Origin: Candidatus Poribacteria bacterium
Lineage (GTDB): Bacteria > Poribacteria > WGA-4E > JAJDTR01
DNA: 64,000 nt
Direction: 5' to 3'
Assembly: GCA_965222225.1 (NCBI GenBank)
Contig: CBDCTK010000002.1
Location: 1,376,001-1,440,000 of the forward strand
Made by a program: the position numbers and the translations under genes. Positions 27,889-38,020 of the stretch are shown piece after piece. Under the pieces are notes generated by a model. The model searched no databases, had not been told where the DNA came from, and saw only the letters and a program-made list of their open reading frames with translations. Position 1 is the stretch's first letter; each line of letters opens with the position of its first letter.

Positions 27889-29274
27889 TTACGAACCACG
27901 AGCGGGGTGACAATTGATGCGGTATTCATCGACAATCTGCTCTAACTTCATACCGCGCGATCCTTTAATCAAAACTAAGTCGCCGGCTTGAGAAAATTCT
28001 CGCAACTGTCTTGCAGCTGCCTCTGGTGTGTCACAGGCGAATGTTGTTTCTACACGACCGACCGCGCCGCGAATGATATCTAGACTACGCGTCCCAACGG
28101 AGATTAACACATCAATATTCGCGGGCAGATTCATTCCAGCCTTGAAGTGTAGTTTTTTGGATTCCTGACCGAGTTCAAGCATGTCACCAAGTACAGCAAT
28201 TCGCCTGCCAGAAGTGCGCGTTCTGCTGAGAAACTCTAGCGCATGCTTGAGCGAATCCGGGTTTGAATTGTAAGCATCGTTGATGATATACAAACCATTG
28301 CACTCGATTGGCTGCATGCGCATATTTGCAGGCTGGTAGTTTTCGAGTCCGTCGCGAATCTCGGCGCTTGTCAACCCGGCCCAAACTCCTATGGACGCCG
28401 CGGCGAGCGCATTTGAAACATTATGTACGCCGAGACATGGGAGGTTCACTCTAGTCGCGGTTCCACCATTGATTCGCAACGTGAAGGAGGGTTTTCCAAG
28501 GGATTGGATTTCTATTTCATGTGCCGAAATATCCGCATCACTGCCGCATCCAAACGTGGTAATCTTACCACATACTCTTCGAGCCAGACGCGGTGTCATC
28601 GGATCGTCGGCGTTCAACACGGCCCACTCAACCTGCTCCACTAGAGAACCTTTTTCTTTGGCAACCCCCTCAAGAGAACCGAGCAATTCCAGATGACTAT
28701 GTCCAATATTTGTTATGACGCCTACCATTGGCTTGACTATCTGCGACAGTCGCCCAATCTCTCCAGGTTGGTTCGTCCCAATCTCTAATACCGCCAACTG
28801 ACTGTTATCATCCAATTCCAGCAGTCGCGATGGAATGCCAATTTGGTTGTTATAATTTTTCTCGGATTGAAATACGGAAAACTGTCGGGATAATACCGAT
28901 GCGGTCATATCCTTCGTTGTTGTTTTGCCGTTACTGCCCGTGATAGCGACGATTGGAAGATCGAACTTGCTACGGTGAAAAGCGGCGATGTCCCCCAACG
29001 CAATCAGCGAATCCTCGACCTCAATTACAATCGGGAAGTCGGTTTCGATCCGTTTGGACACGACCACACCACTAGCTCCCCCTTGGCGTGCGGCATCTAT
29101 GAAGTCATGTCCATCATATTTTTCGCCAACCAACGCGACGAATAGGTCATCGGCACTGATTGCCCGCGAGTCTGTCGAAATCTGTGTTATGACTGCATTG
29201 GGAGTACCACGGATGAGTTTGCCCCGTGTTGCCCGTAGGATTTCAGAGACTGCAAGGTTCATGTTATATGTCAA
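27889..29274 (-). CDS. murF: UDP-MurNAc-tripeptide--D-Ala-D-Ala ligase
   Basis: TDSR, TGSNGKTTTKD, NDAYNSNP, LGDMLELG, KGSRGM. Confidence 0.97.
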   Translation of the reverse strand: MTYNMNLAVSEILRATRGKLIRGTPNAVITQISTDSRAISADDLFVALVGEKYDGHDFIDAARQGGASGVVVSKRIETDFPIVIEVEDSLIALGDIAAFHRSKFDLPIVAITGSNGKTTTKDMTASVLSRQFSVFQSEKNYNNQIGIPSRLLELDDNSQLAVLEIGTNQPGEIGRLSQIVKPMVGVITNIGHSHLELLGSLEGVAKEKGSLVEQVEWAVLNADDPMTPRLARRVCGKITTFGCGSDADISAHEIEIQSLGKPSFTLRINGGTATRVNLPCLGVHNVSNALAAASIGVWAGLTSAEIRDGLENYQPANMRMQPIECNGLYIINDAYNSNPDSLKHALEFLSRTRTSGRRIAVLGDMLELGQESKKLHFKAGMNLPANIDVLISVGTRSLDIIRGAVGRVETTFACDTPEAAARQLREFSQAGDLVLIKGSRGMKLEQIVDEYRINCHPARGS

Positions 29275-30731
29275 CCGTAACGCTCAAGATATTCCGCAGC
29301 AACTTCTCGATCATCAAAGTGAATCGTCCGGTCACCGAGAATCTGGTAATCTTCATGCCCCTTACCCGCAATGGCGACAAAATCTCCGGGTTTCGCCAGC
29401 TCAATTGCGCGACTAATTGACTCCCTGCGATCTGGAATAAGATCGTAACTTGAACCATCCGGCAAACCCGCAAGAATATCACTGAGAATTCGATCTCGGT
29501 CCTCCGTACGAGGATTATCTGAAGTAATCACGCTGTGATCAGCGATAGTGGCAGATATCCTTCCCATCTTTGGGCGCTTGCCACGATCTCGATCTCCGCC
29601 ACAGCCAAAGACACAAATTAAGCGTCCGTTGGCGATCCGGCGCGCGGCAGTTAGAAGGTTCTCAAGTCCATCGGGAGTATGGGCATAATCGACGACGACA
29701 GCGAAATCTTGCCCTCGGTCGACTAATTCAAAGCGGCCCGGTACGACTGTGCTCTCAAGCCCCTCCTTTATTTCATCTATTGAGCAGCCGTGATGCTGGG
29801 CAATACCGACTGCAGCAAGAGCATTGTAAAGGTTGTAATCCCCCATGAGACGCAATCTCGCCCTAATATTTCCTAGGGGGGTAATCGCACTGAAAGCCAG
29901 TCCCTTGAGCGTAGATTCAATATCTTGAGCAGTTAGATCCGCACACTTGTCAAGCCCATAGGTTTGGACTACTGCATCTGTGACTTGGCGAAACTGATTT
30001 GAAGCTGGATCATCAGCGTTAAGAATCGCAAGTCCATTTTCTCGTTGAATCTGCTGAAACAACATGGCTTTAGCGTTCAGATATTCGTCCATGGATTCAT
30101 GGTAGTCGAGATGGTCTTGTGTCAAATTGGTGAAAACCGCAGTTATAAACTTGAGGCCCGCAAGTCGATGCTGCGCTAATCCCTGAGAGGAAGTTTCCAT
30201 AATAACATACCGTAGACCTGCAGAAACGAATTGACTAAATAGACCGTGAAGAGTCAGAGAATCGGGGGTTGTTGTAGCAGCTGACACCACTACGTTACCG
30301 TAGCGATGGCCCACGGTGCCCATAATCGCCGATTTTAACCCAGCTGCTTCGAAAATCGAGTGAATGAGGTAGGCAGTTGATGTCTTACCGTTCGTACCGG
30401 TAATGCCTATTAATTTAAGGCGATTTGCAGGATTGCCATACCAGTTGGCGGCAACCAAGGAAAGCGCGACTCGTCCATTCGCGGTCTGAATGTAGGTAGG
30501 GCCTCTTGGAAGATTTTTTGGCGGTGGATGTTCTCCAACAATTGCACTTGCTCCATTTTGTACCGCTTGGCAAATAAATTCATGCCCGTCGAACGTCACA
30601 CCTTCGTAACAGATAAAAACGTAACCCGGTTCCACTTTTCGGTGATCGCTCACAATGCCCGAAATCTCTCTATCACAATCTCCAACTGTTGAGATTATGT
30701 CCACATGCTGAAGCAGGTGCTGAAGATTCAA
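29271..30731 (-). CDS. murE: UDP-MurNAc-dipeptide--meso-DAP ligase
   Basis: TGTNGKTS, DYAHTPD, FGCGGDRD, DNPR (DAP-specific), AGKGHE. Confidence 0.97.
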   Translation of the reverse strand: MNLQHLLQHVDIISTVGDCDREISGIVSDHRKVEPGYVFICYEGVTFDGHEFICQAVQNGASAIVGEHPPPKNLPRGPTYIQTANGRVALSLVAANWYGNPANRLKLIGITGTNGKTSTAYLIHSIFEAAGLKSAIMGTVGHRYGNVVVSAATTTPDSLTLHGLFSQFVSAGLRYVIMETSSQGLAQHRLAGLKFITAVFTNLTQDHLDYHESMDEYLNAKAMLFQQIQRENGLAILNADDPASNQFRQVTDAVVQTYGLDKCADLTAQDIESTLKGLAFSAITPLGNIRARLRLMGDYNLYNALAAVGIAQHHGCSIDEIKEGLESTVVPGRFELVDRGQDFAVVVDYAHTPDGLENLLTAARRIANGRLICVFGCGGDRDRGKRPKMGRISATIADHSVITSDNPRTEDRDRILSDILAGLPDGSSYDLIPDRRESISRAIELAKPGDFVAIAGKGHEDYQILGDRTIHFDDREVAAEYLERYG

Positions 30732-30749
30732 AGTCGCTTTCCTTATAGG

Positions 30750-32639
30750 TCACCGTCCAGCTAGAGCCGGCTGGGCAAATACATCCGTTTGATTCAGATA
30801 CGCAATGGTTTCACTTGCAATCCTCTTAAAAATGGGAGCTGTTACACGGCTGCTCAAAGGACCGCCGGCCGGTTCGTCAACAACCACGATTATCGATACA
30901 TCTGGGTCGTCCGCAGGCAAGAATCCTATGAAACTCGTAACCACCTTGTCCTTGACATATCCTTTCCCTCTCTCCGCCTTCTGCGCAGTGCCAGTTTTCC
31001 CTGCCACACGATAACCATCAACACGCCCATTCCGCCCAGACCCGCCTTCAGTAACTCCGACGAGCATCTCCGCCATCTGTGTAGCTGTTTCAGGTGAGAT
31101 GACGCGATGAATTTGCCTTGTAGCTCTTTGCTCAATCAGTTTCCCATCTGCCCCACGAATTTCTTTTGTTATATACGGCTGTAGTAACATACCATTCGTG
31201 GCGATAGCATTGACTGCATTCAACATCTGAATCGGGGTAACCGAAATCCCTTGTCCGAAAGGTACAGAGGCAGCGGAAAAATCATCCCAGTGGTCAAATC
31301 CACGAAGTTTGCCTACTTGCTCATGAGGGAGATCGATCCCTGTTTTTTCACCAAACCCAAATTGATGGGTATAGGTCTCAAACTGCTCCTTGGTGAGCCG
31401 GTTCGCAATTTTTAGAATTCCGATATTGCTAGATTTTCGAAGAATTTCACCGAGTTTGAGCCACCCATTTGGTTTGACATCGTGAATTCTATGGCCATTG
31501 GGAAGGCGATATACCCCTTGTTCGCAATATTCCAAGGATTCAGGAGTAGCCAGTTTTTCCTCCAACGCAGCTGCTGCAGGAACAATCTTGAATACAGAAC
31601 CGGGTTCATACTGCATCCAGATGGCGTGATTGCGTTTAGCGGCTTCCTGGCTTGTAGCGTATGCATTCAGGTTATAGGTCGGATAATTTGCCATTGCTAG
31701 AATTTCCCCGGTCTTCGAATGCATAACGATTGCAGCACCTCTCTTTGCCCTCCATTTTTTGCATCCAGCGATTAATTCCCGTTCCGCAATGAATTGAATA
31801 TTGTCGTCGATAGTCAAAATGATGTCATTCCCATTTGCCGACATGGTTTCATAGACCACTTGAGGGCTAATGGGGCGCTTCTTTCCGTCGGTAGGAATAC
31901 CTAGACTTTCAGATGATTCTGAAGTTTCATCCCTTGAAACGGTGGCGGTACCGAGCAAATGTGAATTGTATAAATGCTCGATCCCGTCGACTCCTTCGTT
32001 GGAAAAATTCGTATGCCCGATGATATGACATGCGTGCTCATCCTTGGGATAAAACCGTCTTTCGTGGATTTGGTATTTTAAGCCGCGAATTGGTTGTACT
32101 ACCGATTGAATGTCAGCTAGACGGTCATACGACAAATCTCGCGCCAACCAGATAAATTGTCGCTTGTTCCTTTGAAGTGAGGCAAGGATTTCGGACTCTG
32201 GTACCTCAAGTATGGGAGCAAGCTGAGCTGAGATTTTGTGGGCATCAGCGTTAAAGAATCTCGGGTCGGCCCATACTGAAATGAGATCTAGATTGAGAGC
32301 AAGTAAATTGTGATGACGGTCAAAGATTCTGCCTCTTGCAGCTTTCGGAATTTGGATTTGCCGCTGCCCCTTAGATCGCATAGACAATTCATCGCTGTGC
32401 AACAATTGGACCAGGATGAGCCTTCCAATCAGTAGACCAAATCCTATTTGCAAAGCGATGAACAGTGTGGCGATACGCGTCCGAGATATGCGGACGATTT
32501 TTTCCTCGTACTCATCAGAGTCCCATTCGCGCGTCAAGGGGTCTTGTCTTTGAAATACTCTATTTACAAACCTGCGTATCCGCGATTTGATTTCCTCATT
32601 GTGGTGTTTGCCAACGAATCGATTTCTCAACTCTTTCAA
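30750..32639 (-). CDS. ftsI: Class B penicillin-binding protein FtsI/PBP3
   Basis: RGRIFDR, EPGSVFK (SxxK), SSN, KTGT; one TM helix. Confidence 0.92.
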   Translation of the reverse strand: MKELRNRFVGKHHNEEIKSRIRRFVNRVFQRQDPLTREWDSDEYEEKIVRISRTRIATLFIALQIGFGLLIGRLILVQLLHSDELSMRSKGQRQIQIPKAARGRIFDRHHNLLALNLDLISVWADPRFFNADAHKISAQLAPILEVPESEILASLQRNKRQFIWLARDLSYDRLADIQSVVQPIRGLKYQIHERRFYPKDEHACHIIGHTNFSNEGVDGIEHLYNSHLLGTATVSRDETSESSESLGIPTDGKKRPISPQVVYETMSANGNDIILTIDDNIQFIAERELIAGCKKWRAKRGAAIVMHSKTGEILAMANYPTYNLNAYATSQEAAKRNHAIWMQYEPGSVFKIVPAAAALEEKLATPESLEYCEQGVYRLPNGHRIHDVKPNGWLKLGEILRKSSNIGILKIANRLTKEQFETYTHQFGFGEKTGIDLPHEQVGKLRGFDHWDDFSAASVPFGQGISVTPIQMLNAVNAIATNGMLLQPYITKEIRGADGKLIEQRATRQIHRVISPETATQMAEMLVGVTEGGSGRNGRVDGYRVAGKTGTAQKAERGKGYVKDKVVTSFIGFLPADDPDVSIIVVVDEPAGGPLSSRVTAPIFKRIASETIAYLNQTDVFAQPALAGR

Positions 32640-32655
32640 TCCTCTCCATTTATAG

Positions 32656-32958
32656 CTATTCTTCTAAATTACGGACCGGTGGTGATGGTTGAACCATCTG
32701 AAGTTCTCGAGCGAACGCGTGAATGCGTTTGGCGGAAGTAAGTCTTGCCTCCTCCAGTTGCAATATGCGAATTTCGTTAATTAGCTGGTTTTTCTCTGTC
32801 CTAACATCCTCGCGAATTTGCAGAGCAATCCTATTCTGCTCGGAGGAAAACCAGGCAGTTGCAAAGGCGATGCAGACAAAACAGAACAGGAGAAAATATG
32901 CGAGAAGGGGGAGTTTTCCCGCCGATTTTGGTTTTTGATGATCCATTCTATCAAGCAT
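32656..32958 (-). CDS. ftsL: Cell division protein FtsL
   Basis: TM helix plus coiled coil with LQLEEARLTSAKRI...LQMVQP; lies between rsmH and ftsI. Confidence 0.75.
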   Translation of the reverse strand: MLDRMDHQKPKSAGKLPLLAYFLLFCFVCIAFATAWFSSEQNRIALQIREDVRTEKNQLINEIRILQLEEARLTSAKRIHAFARELQMVQPSPPVRNLEE

Positions 32959-33074
32959 AGTGCTGCATTTGCATCGGTTGGAAATAGTATCTTATATGAG
33001 TTTCGGATTTTGTTTCTTTAAGTCGCTGAGTATCGCACAACCTCATTCAAGCAGAAAAACGATTAATTTCGTTC

Positions 33075-34082
33075 TCAAGATTCACGGATTTTGACTGCGA
33101 CGCGTAATTTTGCGCTTCGAGATCGAGGATTGCGCTGAACCTCCTCTGCTGTTGGAGATATAGGCCGTTTCGTTAATATCTCAAGGGAGGGAACATGTTG
33201 ACAAACACATCTAGGCATACGAGGTGGGCAAATACAAATGCGAGATAGAGCACGAAATCGTTGCTTGACAATTCGATCCTCAAGCGAATGAAAAGATATA
33301 ACACAGATTCGGGCCCCAGGTTTCAGAACCGATACCGCCGCATTTAAGCCTGCATCAAGGTTTCTCAATTCATTATTGACGTAGATTCGGAGCGCTTGAA
33401 AAATCCTCGTTGCGGGGTGGATTCGTCCACGATTAAGCTTTTTGGGCATTGCCTTCTGCACTATGTCGGCGAGCTGAAGTGTCGTGGTGATGCGCTGAAT
33501 ATTTCGGAATCGGCTAATCTGATGTGCAATTCTTTTTGACCAACGTTCTTCACCAAATTGAGCAAAAATGTCGGAAAGCACATCTTCGCGATAGTCGTTA
33601 ATGACCTCTGTGGCAGAGAGCGATTGTTTTCTGTCCATGCGCATGTCCAACTTTCCCGCTTGAGAAAAGCTAAATCCCCTAGACGGTGTACCAAGTTGCA
33701 AAGATGAAACCCCCAAATCAAGCAAAACGCCATCTACTTGCGTGACTGAATGGGCAGCTAGTAACTCGTTCAAATTAGCAAAATTTCCTTGAACTAATGC
33801 GCACCGTTCTCTGTACCCACGTAATTTTTCCTCCGCAATAGCGAGTGCCTCTAAATCTAAGTCAATTCCGATGAGCTGACCACTTGGTGCGGATGCTTCT
33901 AATATCTCGGTGGCATGCCCCCCCAAGCCGATAGTCCCATCAACGTAAACCCCAGTATTCTTAGGCACCAAAAAGCTGGCAACTTCACGCGCAAGTACCG
34001 GGGTGTGTTTTACGTGTTTTGTCTCGTAGTTAGCCAATTTTTCATCTGTTTCCATTTTTCTTGTCAACCCATTACCCTTCAT
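33075..34082 (-). CDS. rsmH: 16S rRNA m4C1402 methyltransferase RsmH
   Basis: HTPVL, DGTIGLGGH, DLGVSSLQL, HPATRIFQALRI, SFHSLEDR, NPRSRSAKLR; start uncertain (34082 or 34055). Confidence 0.95.
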   Translation of the reverse strand: MKGNGLTRKMETDEKLANYETKHVKHTPVLAREVASFLVPKNTGVYVDGTIGLGGHATEILEASAPSGQLIGIDLDLEALAIAEEKLRGYRERCALVQGNFANLNELLAAHSVTQVDGVLLDLGVSSLQLGTPSRGFSFSQAGKLDMRMDRKQSLSATEVINDYREDVLSDIFAQFGEERWSKRIAHQISRFRNIQRITTTLQLADIVQKAMPKKLNRGRIHPATRIFQALRIYVNNELRNLDAGLNAAVSVLKPGARICVISFHSLEDRIVKQRFRALSRICICPPRMPRCVCQHVPSLEILTKRPISPTAEEVQRNPRSRSAKLRVAVKIRES

Positions 34083-34135
34083 GATGAGTTTCCAATACAT
34101 CGTTAAAACCGACTTGGATACCACAAATTGAGGGC

Positions 34136-34163
34136 ATTATAACGTTAAGACATATAGTGTCAA
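34136..34163 (-). promoter_or_regulatory. Consensus sigma70 promoter of the dcw operon
   Basis: TTGACA-N16-TATAAT. Confidence 0.8.
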
Positions 34164-34272
34164 GCGGAAACGAAGTCCATGCGGATTCGAGATGGAGGTA
34201 ACTGATACAGTTACGTCTAAATTTGAACGCAATCTCGTCAAGATTACTCACATCCAAAAGAAAAAATACCGC

Positions 34273-34301
34273 TTTACAATTCACTCCACATGGGTTAAAC
34301 T
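34273..34301 (+). promoter_or_regulatory. Sigma70-type promoter of the hypothetical-methyltransferase pair
   Basis: TTTACA-N17-TAAACT followed by GGAGG at 34311. Confidence 0.6.
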
Positions 34302-34324
34302 TACTTCTCTGGAGGACTATGATT

Positions 34325-34954
34325 ATGGGAAAAACACTGGACCTCGGCAGAAGAATTGAAATCGTTCCAATGGACGTACGTTTCCATGACATTACCGTTG
34401 CTCTCAATTGTCAACTGCACAATGAAGTCCCTACATTTGTGGTTCATACCTATAGCCGTATCGAAGGTTTCAAGGATCGTATTGCATCAATTGTAAATGC
34501 GATGCAAGTCTTGGGCGGCATGGAGTTGACCTCAGACGGACGACTCCAGTTCTCATGTGAGGGGGGTCATGAACTAGCTTGTAGACGAGTTTTCTTGGAA
34601 GCGTGCAAATTTAGTTCGAACGAACCAATTGAACCGCGTCCTTTGGGTATCTTAGACAAAAAATCTGGGCTAAATATCACCATCACCAGCGCTGGCGCTG
34701 GCGTTTACGATGTTGGCGCCGACGGGGACGCCAAAAGCAAGGAAAGGCGAATATCGGCGATTGCTGGCGGTTTGATTAAGCTGGGACAGATGGTGGACGA
34801 GAGGGTAGATCAGGTTTCTTTTGCCTGCGGACAGCCCCATGACGCCCTAGTCGGTTTGTTGCTGGTTCGCGCACCGAATGTACGAGCTATCATGCGCGAG
34901 CAAGAGACGGCGTCCTCACGTGGGGTGCTTTCGGCTCCAAGCCAACAAGAATGA
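34325..34954 (+). CDS. Hypothetical protein with internal duplication (F-x-C-x3-H twice)
   Basis: GGAGG 9 nt before ATG 34325; two alignable ~33-aa repeats. Confidence 0.7.
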   Translation: MGKTLDLGRRIEIVPMDVRFHDITVALNCQLHNEVPTFVVHTYSRIEGFKDRIASIVNAMQVLGGMELTSDGRLQFSCEGGHELACRRVFLEACKFSSNEPIEPRPLGILDKKSGLNITITSAGAGVYDVGADGDAKSKERRISAIAGGLIKLGQMVDERVDQVSFACGQPHDALVGLLLVRAPNVRAIMREQETASSRGVLSAPSQQE

Positions 34955-34996
34955 ACCGAGGGAAAAACTGTAACCCCAAAACGTGAGGGCAATATT

Positions 34997-36046
34997 ATGA
35001 AAACACGGATAGTCGATCCGATGACCAGTCGCGAACGTGTCTTGGCGGCGTTACACCGCGATCCTGTAGATCGGACGCCGGTATGTAATCCCACTTCTGT
35101 TGCTACGGTGGAATTGATGGATCTCGTAGATGCCCCATTTCCGGATGCTAACCGAAAGCCCGAATTGATGGCGCGCCTGGCAGCCACGGGATATACCGAG
35201 TTGGGCTTTGATACGATTATGCCAGTCTTCACAATTATCCAAGAGTCGTCTGCTCTTGGCTGCAAAATTCAGTGGGAACAGAAAGATAATTGGCCCACAG
35301 TGAAAATGCGTGAGCCAATCTGGGAAGATGTTGATGATATTAAAATCCCGCCAGATTTCTTAACCCACCAAGATACCCAATGTGTTCTTGATGCAATCAG
35401 AATCCTTAAGAAGGAGTACGGCGATGAGGTCGCTATCATCGGTAAAACCATGGGACCTTGGTCGTTGGGCTACCACTGCTTCGGTGTAGAACCTTTCCTA
35501 CTATTGTCTCTGGATGATCCTGGCAAGACTAAGCTTGCGCTAGACAGGATGAAGGAAGCCACTGTAGAATTTGGGATAGCTCAAATAGAGGCCGGCGCTG
35601 ATGCGCTGACTTTGCCGGACCATGCGACTGGCGACTTGGTCAGTGGGGATTACTATAAGCGGTATCTGCGAGACCTGCACATTGAGTTCGTTGAACGCAT
35701 CCCCATCCCTCTGATTCTTCATATCTGTGGTCGTACGGTAGACCGGATGGAATACATCGCTCAGACCGGTATGGCCGCCTTCCATTACGACTCCAAGAAC
35801 AAGCCTGCCGAATCTATGGATGCGGTAACCAATCGAATCGCTCTCGTGGGAAACATAAATAATCCTGAGACACTATTTTCAAAGGAACCCGAGGATGTTC
35901 GTCAGGAGGTTCGCAGCAACCTTGATGCTAAAGTACAACTCGTTGGACCAGAATGTGCAATCCCGCTGCAGACAGCTATTGAGAACCTCAAGGCTATTCC
36001 TCAAGAAGTGCAGGATTGGCATCGCGAGCAAGCGGCGATTAACTAG
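34997..36046 (+). CDS. MtaA/CmuA-family methylcobamide methyltransferase (URO-D superfamily)
   Basis: MTSRERVLAAL...DRTPV, QIEAGAD, Zn-ligand LHICG and GPECAIP. Confidence 0.85.
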   Translation: MKTRIVDPMTSRERVLAALHRDPVDRTPVCNPTSVATVELMDLVDAPFPDANRKPELMARLAATGYTELGFDTIMPVFTIIQESSALGCKIQWEQKDNWPTVKMREPIWEDVDDIKIPPDFLTHQDTQCVLDAIRILKKEYGDEVAIIGKTMGPWSLGYHCFGVEPFLLLSLDDPGKTKLALDRMKEATVEFGIAQIEAGADALTLPDHATGDLVSGDYYKRYLRDLHIEFVERIPIPLILHICGRTVDRMEYIAQTGMAAFHYDSKNKPAESMDAVTNRIALVGNINNPETLFSKEPEDVRQEVRSNLDAKVQLVGPECAIPLQTAIENLKAIPQEVQDWHREQAAIN

Positions 36047-36183
36047 TCCCTTTTCAAATAAGCGCTTGCTAGATGAATGGATCCTTACCGATCGTCCAAA
36101 AGCTAACCAAATTGGGCCCCCTGGCGCGTTTGGCTTGGCACACTGTTCGTCAATCCCTTCAGACCTCGTAATCCTATTTTCGC

Positions 36184-36995
36184 ATGAAAAGACGAGGATA
36201 CCCGAAACCAGATACGTTGGTAATGCTACTCAAGCAGAGAAGAGATTTAACGTATCTCAAGGATGAAGGCTGGTATCGAATTCCGTTAAAAAGCGCTCCC
36301 AAGACTTTGCAAGATGTCGAATACCTAGCCTTCTACCAACCGAAGGGCTTTGGCGAGGATAGTTGGCGGGTACAATACTATGGCGAAAGGGCCGAACCAT
36401 ACAGGTTAAACGGATTGAGTTGCTTCCTCGTGAAGTTGCAGATCGTCAACGCTATGCCCTTTATTACCGTGTCGAAGTCGAAGACCTACAGCAGTTAGAC
36501 AAGCCAATTCTAAGTAAACGTGGACGTCGGATTCTTTTTGTTCAAACGACCTTGGAGAAACTATTCACCGCGACAGAGATTAACGACCTGTTTCACGGGA
36601 GCCCGTTAGAGAATGAACTATGGAAACATCTGAAGAAAGAGGGGATTCAAGCGGAAAGACAATACGAAGTGATAAAAGAGGAGGCCAGACGATACTTTCT
36701 CGACTTTCACTTGCCCTATCAGAAGCGGTACATCGCCGTCGAATGCGATGGGGGTACATGGCATAGTAATACAGAGAAAGCTGTCGAAAATAACGAGAGG
36801 CAGAACTACCTTGAGGCAAACGGCTGGCATGTGCTTCGCTATTCAACTAAGCAACTCCAGAATCCGATGGAACGCCTAAATCAGATTAAGAATGCAATTA
36901 ACAAACTCGACGGTTTGGTGGGAGCCGAACAGACAGACTGGTTCGAGACTCAGAATAGCAACGGCACTATGCAGTTGGGGCTGTTCAAGAAGTGA
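36184..36995 (+). pseudogene. Frameshifted DUF559/Vsr-like endonuclease with N-terminal WYRIP domain
   Basis: ORF 36184-36498 (WYRIP, LAFYQP) continues in the -1 frame ORF 36363-36995 (SPLE, LDF, AVECDG..WH, GWHVLRY). Confidence 0.7.
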
Positions 36996-37022
36996 CTCCT
37001 CGAAATTGGGGAAGAAAGGTAG

Positions 37023-37982
37023 ATGAAAGCGACTTCATCCATGTTTTTCTTGGCCGCCTTCCTACTCGCACTACCGTTATTAAGTTGTACAAGCGAAAAC
37101 CCAATCCCTGAGAAGACCCCCTCCCTGTTTTTCCCGAACGCTCAGAACTTCGTTTTGAAGAACCTCACATTGCCCGCAGATAAGGTCTCCTCCATCGAAA
37201 GTGTCCTTGGGACAAAACTTAAACCTAGCGATCTCACGCCAACCTTCCACATTGCAACAAACTCCAATAAGAAGCCGTTAGGAGCGGTGGTGTTTCTGAG
37301 CGTTGATAGTCCTCGGGGCGAACTTACGGGAGGTATCGGCCTCAACATGCAGGGAAAAGTCGTACGCGTCGAGATTTCGAAGAGCACAGATGTAACTGGC
37401 ATCACGGACAGGGAATTCCTTGACCAGTTTACCGGCATGGGAATTGAGGACGCGTTTCAAGTCGGCGAAGATGTGAAACCTCTATCTGGACAGGAGGACG
37501 TTTCTAAATCGGTCACACTCCTGCCCCGGAAGGCACTTCTCATGACGTATGCCCTATACGCTAAGAAGCAGCAGCCAATTCCCGAATCTGCCGACGTGGC
37601 TGAAGAGTTTCCAGATGAACGTCATGAGCCGGAAACACTTATAGAACTAATGGAGATGATGAAGGAAGCATATATCGTAGTTCGTGAGTATTTCCAGTCT
37701 CCAACTGATCGAGCAGTCGCAGTGAAAGCGGCGAAGCAACTTGAAAACTACATACAGTACATAGATAATTTTGAGCCACCCAACAACCCGAACGAGACCG
37801 AAGAATATGCCTACTTCCAGGATCAAGTCTCAGAATCCCTTTCGCAGCTTGTTGATACTTTGGATAAAGAAGGGGCTTCCGATAACAGCAGACAGCAATG
37901 GGAAGGCGTCTTAGACTTGGTCGATAAAGCGCATTTGCGGTTCAGTATAGATGAAGTTGACCTAGACGAAGATTTGGAATAA
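37023..37982 (+). CDS. Lipoprotein: FMN-binding (RnfG-like) domain plus cytochrome b562-like four-helix bundle
   Basis: Lipobox LLSC; FFPNA...GKVVRVEI...FLDQFTG...LSGQEDVS; LIELMEMM...DKAHLRF. Confidence 0.6.
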   Translation: MKATSSMFFLAAFLLALPLLSCTSENPIPEKTPSLFFPNAQNFVLKNLTLPADKVSSIESVLGTKLKPSDLTPTFHIATNSNKKPLGAVVFLSVDSPRGELTGGIGLNMQGKVVRVEISKSTDVTGITDREFLDQFTGMGIEDAFQVGEDVKPLSGQEDVSKSVTLLPRKALLMTYALYAKKQQPIPESADVAEEFPDERHEPETLIELMEMMKEAYIVVREYFQSPTDRAVAVKAAKQLENYIQYIDNFEPPNNPNETEEYAYFQDQVSESLSQLVDTLDKEGASDNSRQQWEGVLDLVDKAHLRFSIDEVDLDEDLE

Positions 37983-38020
37983 CGGTGGAAGTGCATGTAG
38001 GCTACTAGGAGAAGCCCAAA

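Noticed and set aside
36385-36400. Programmed -1 frameshift in the DUF559 gene
   Set aside because: No X-XXY-YYZ heptamer or clear stimulatory hairpin; an indel is simpler
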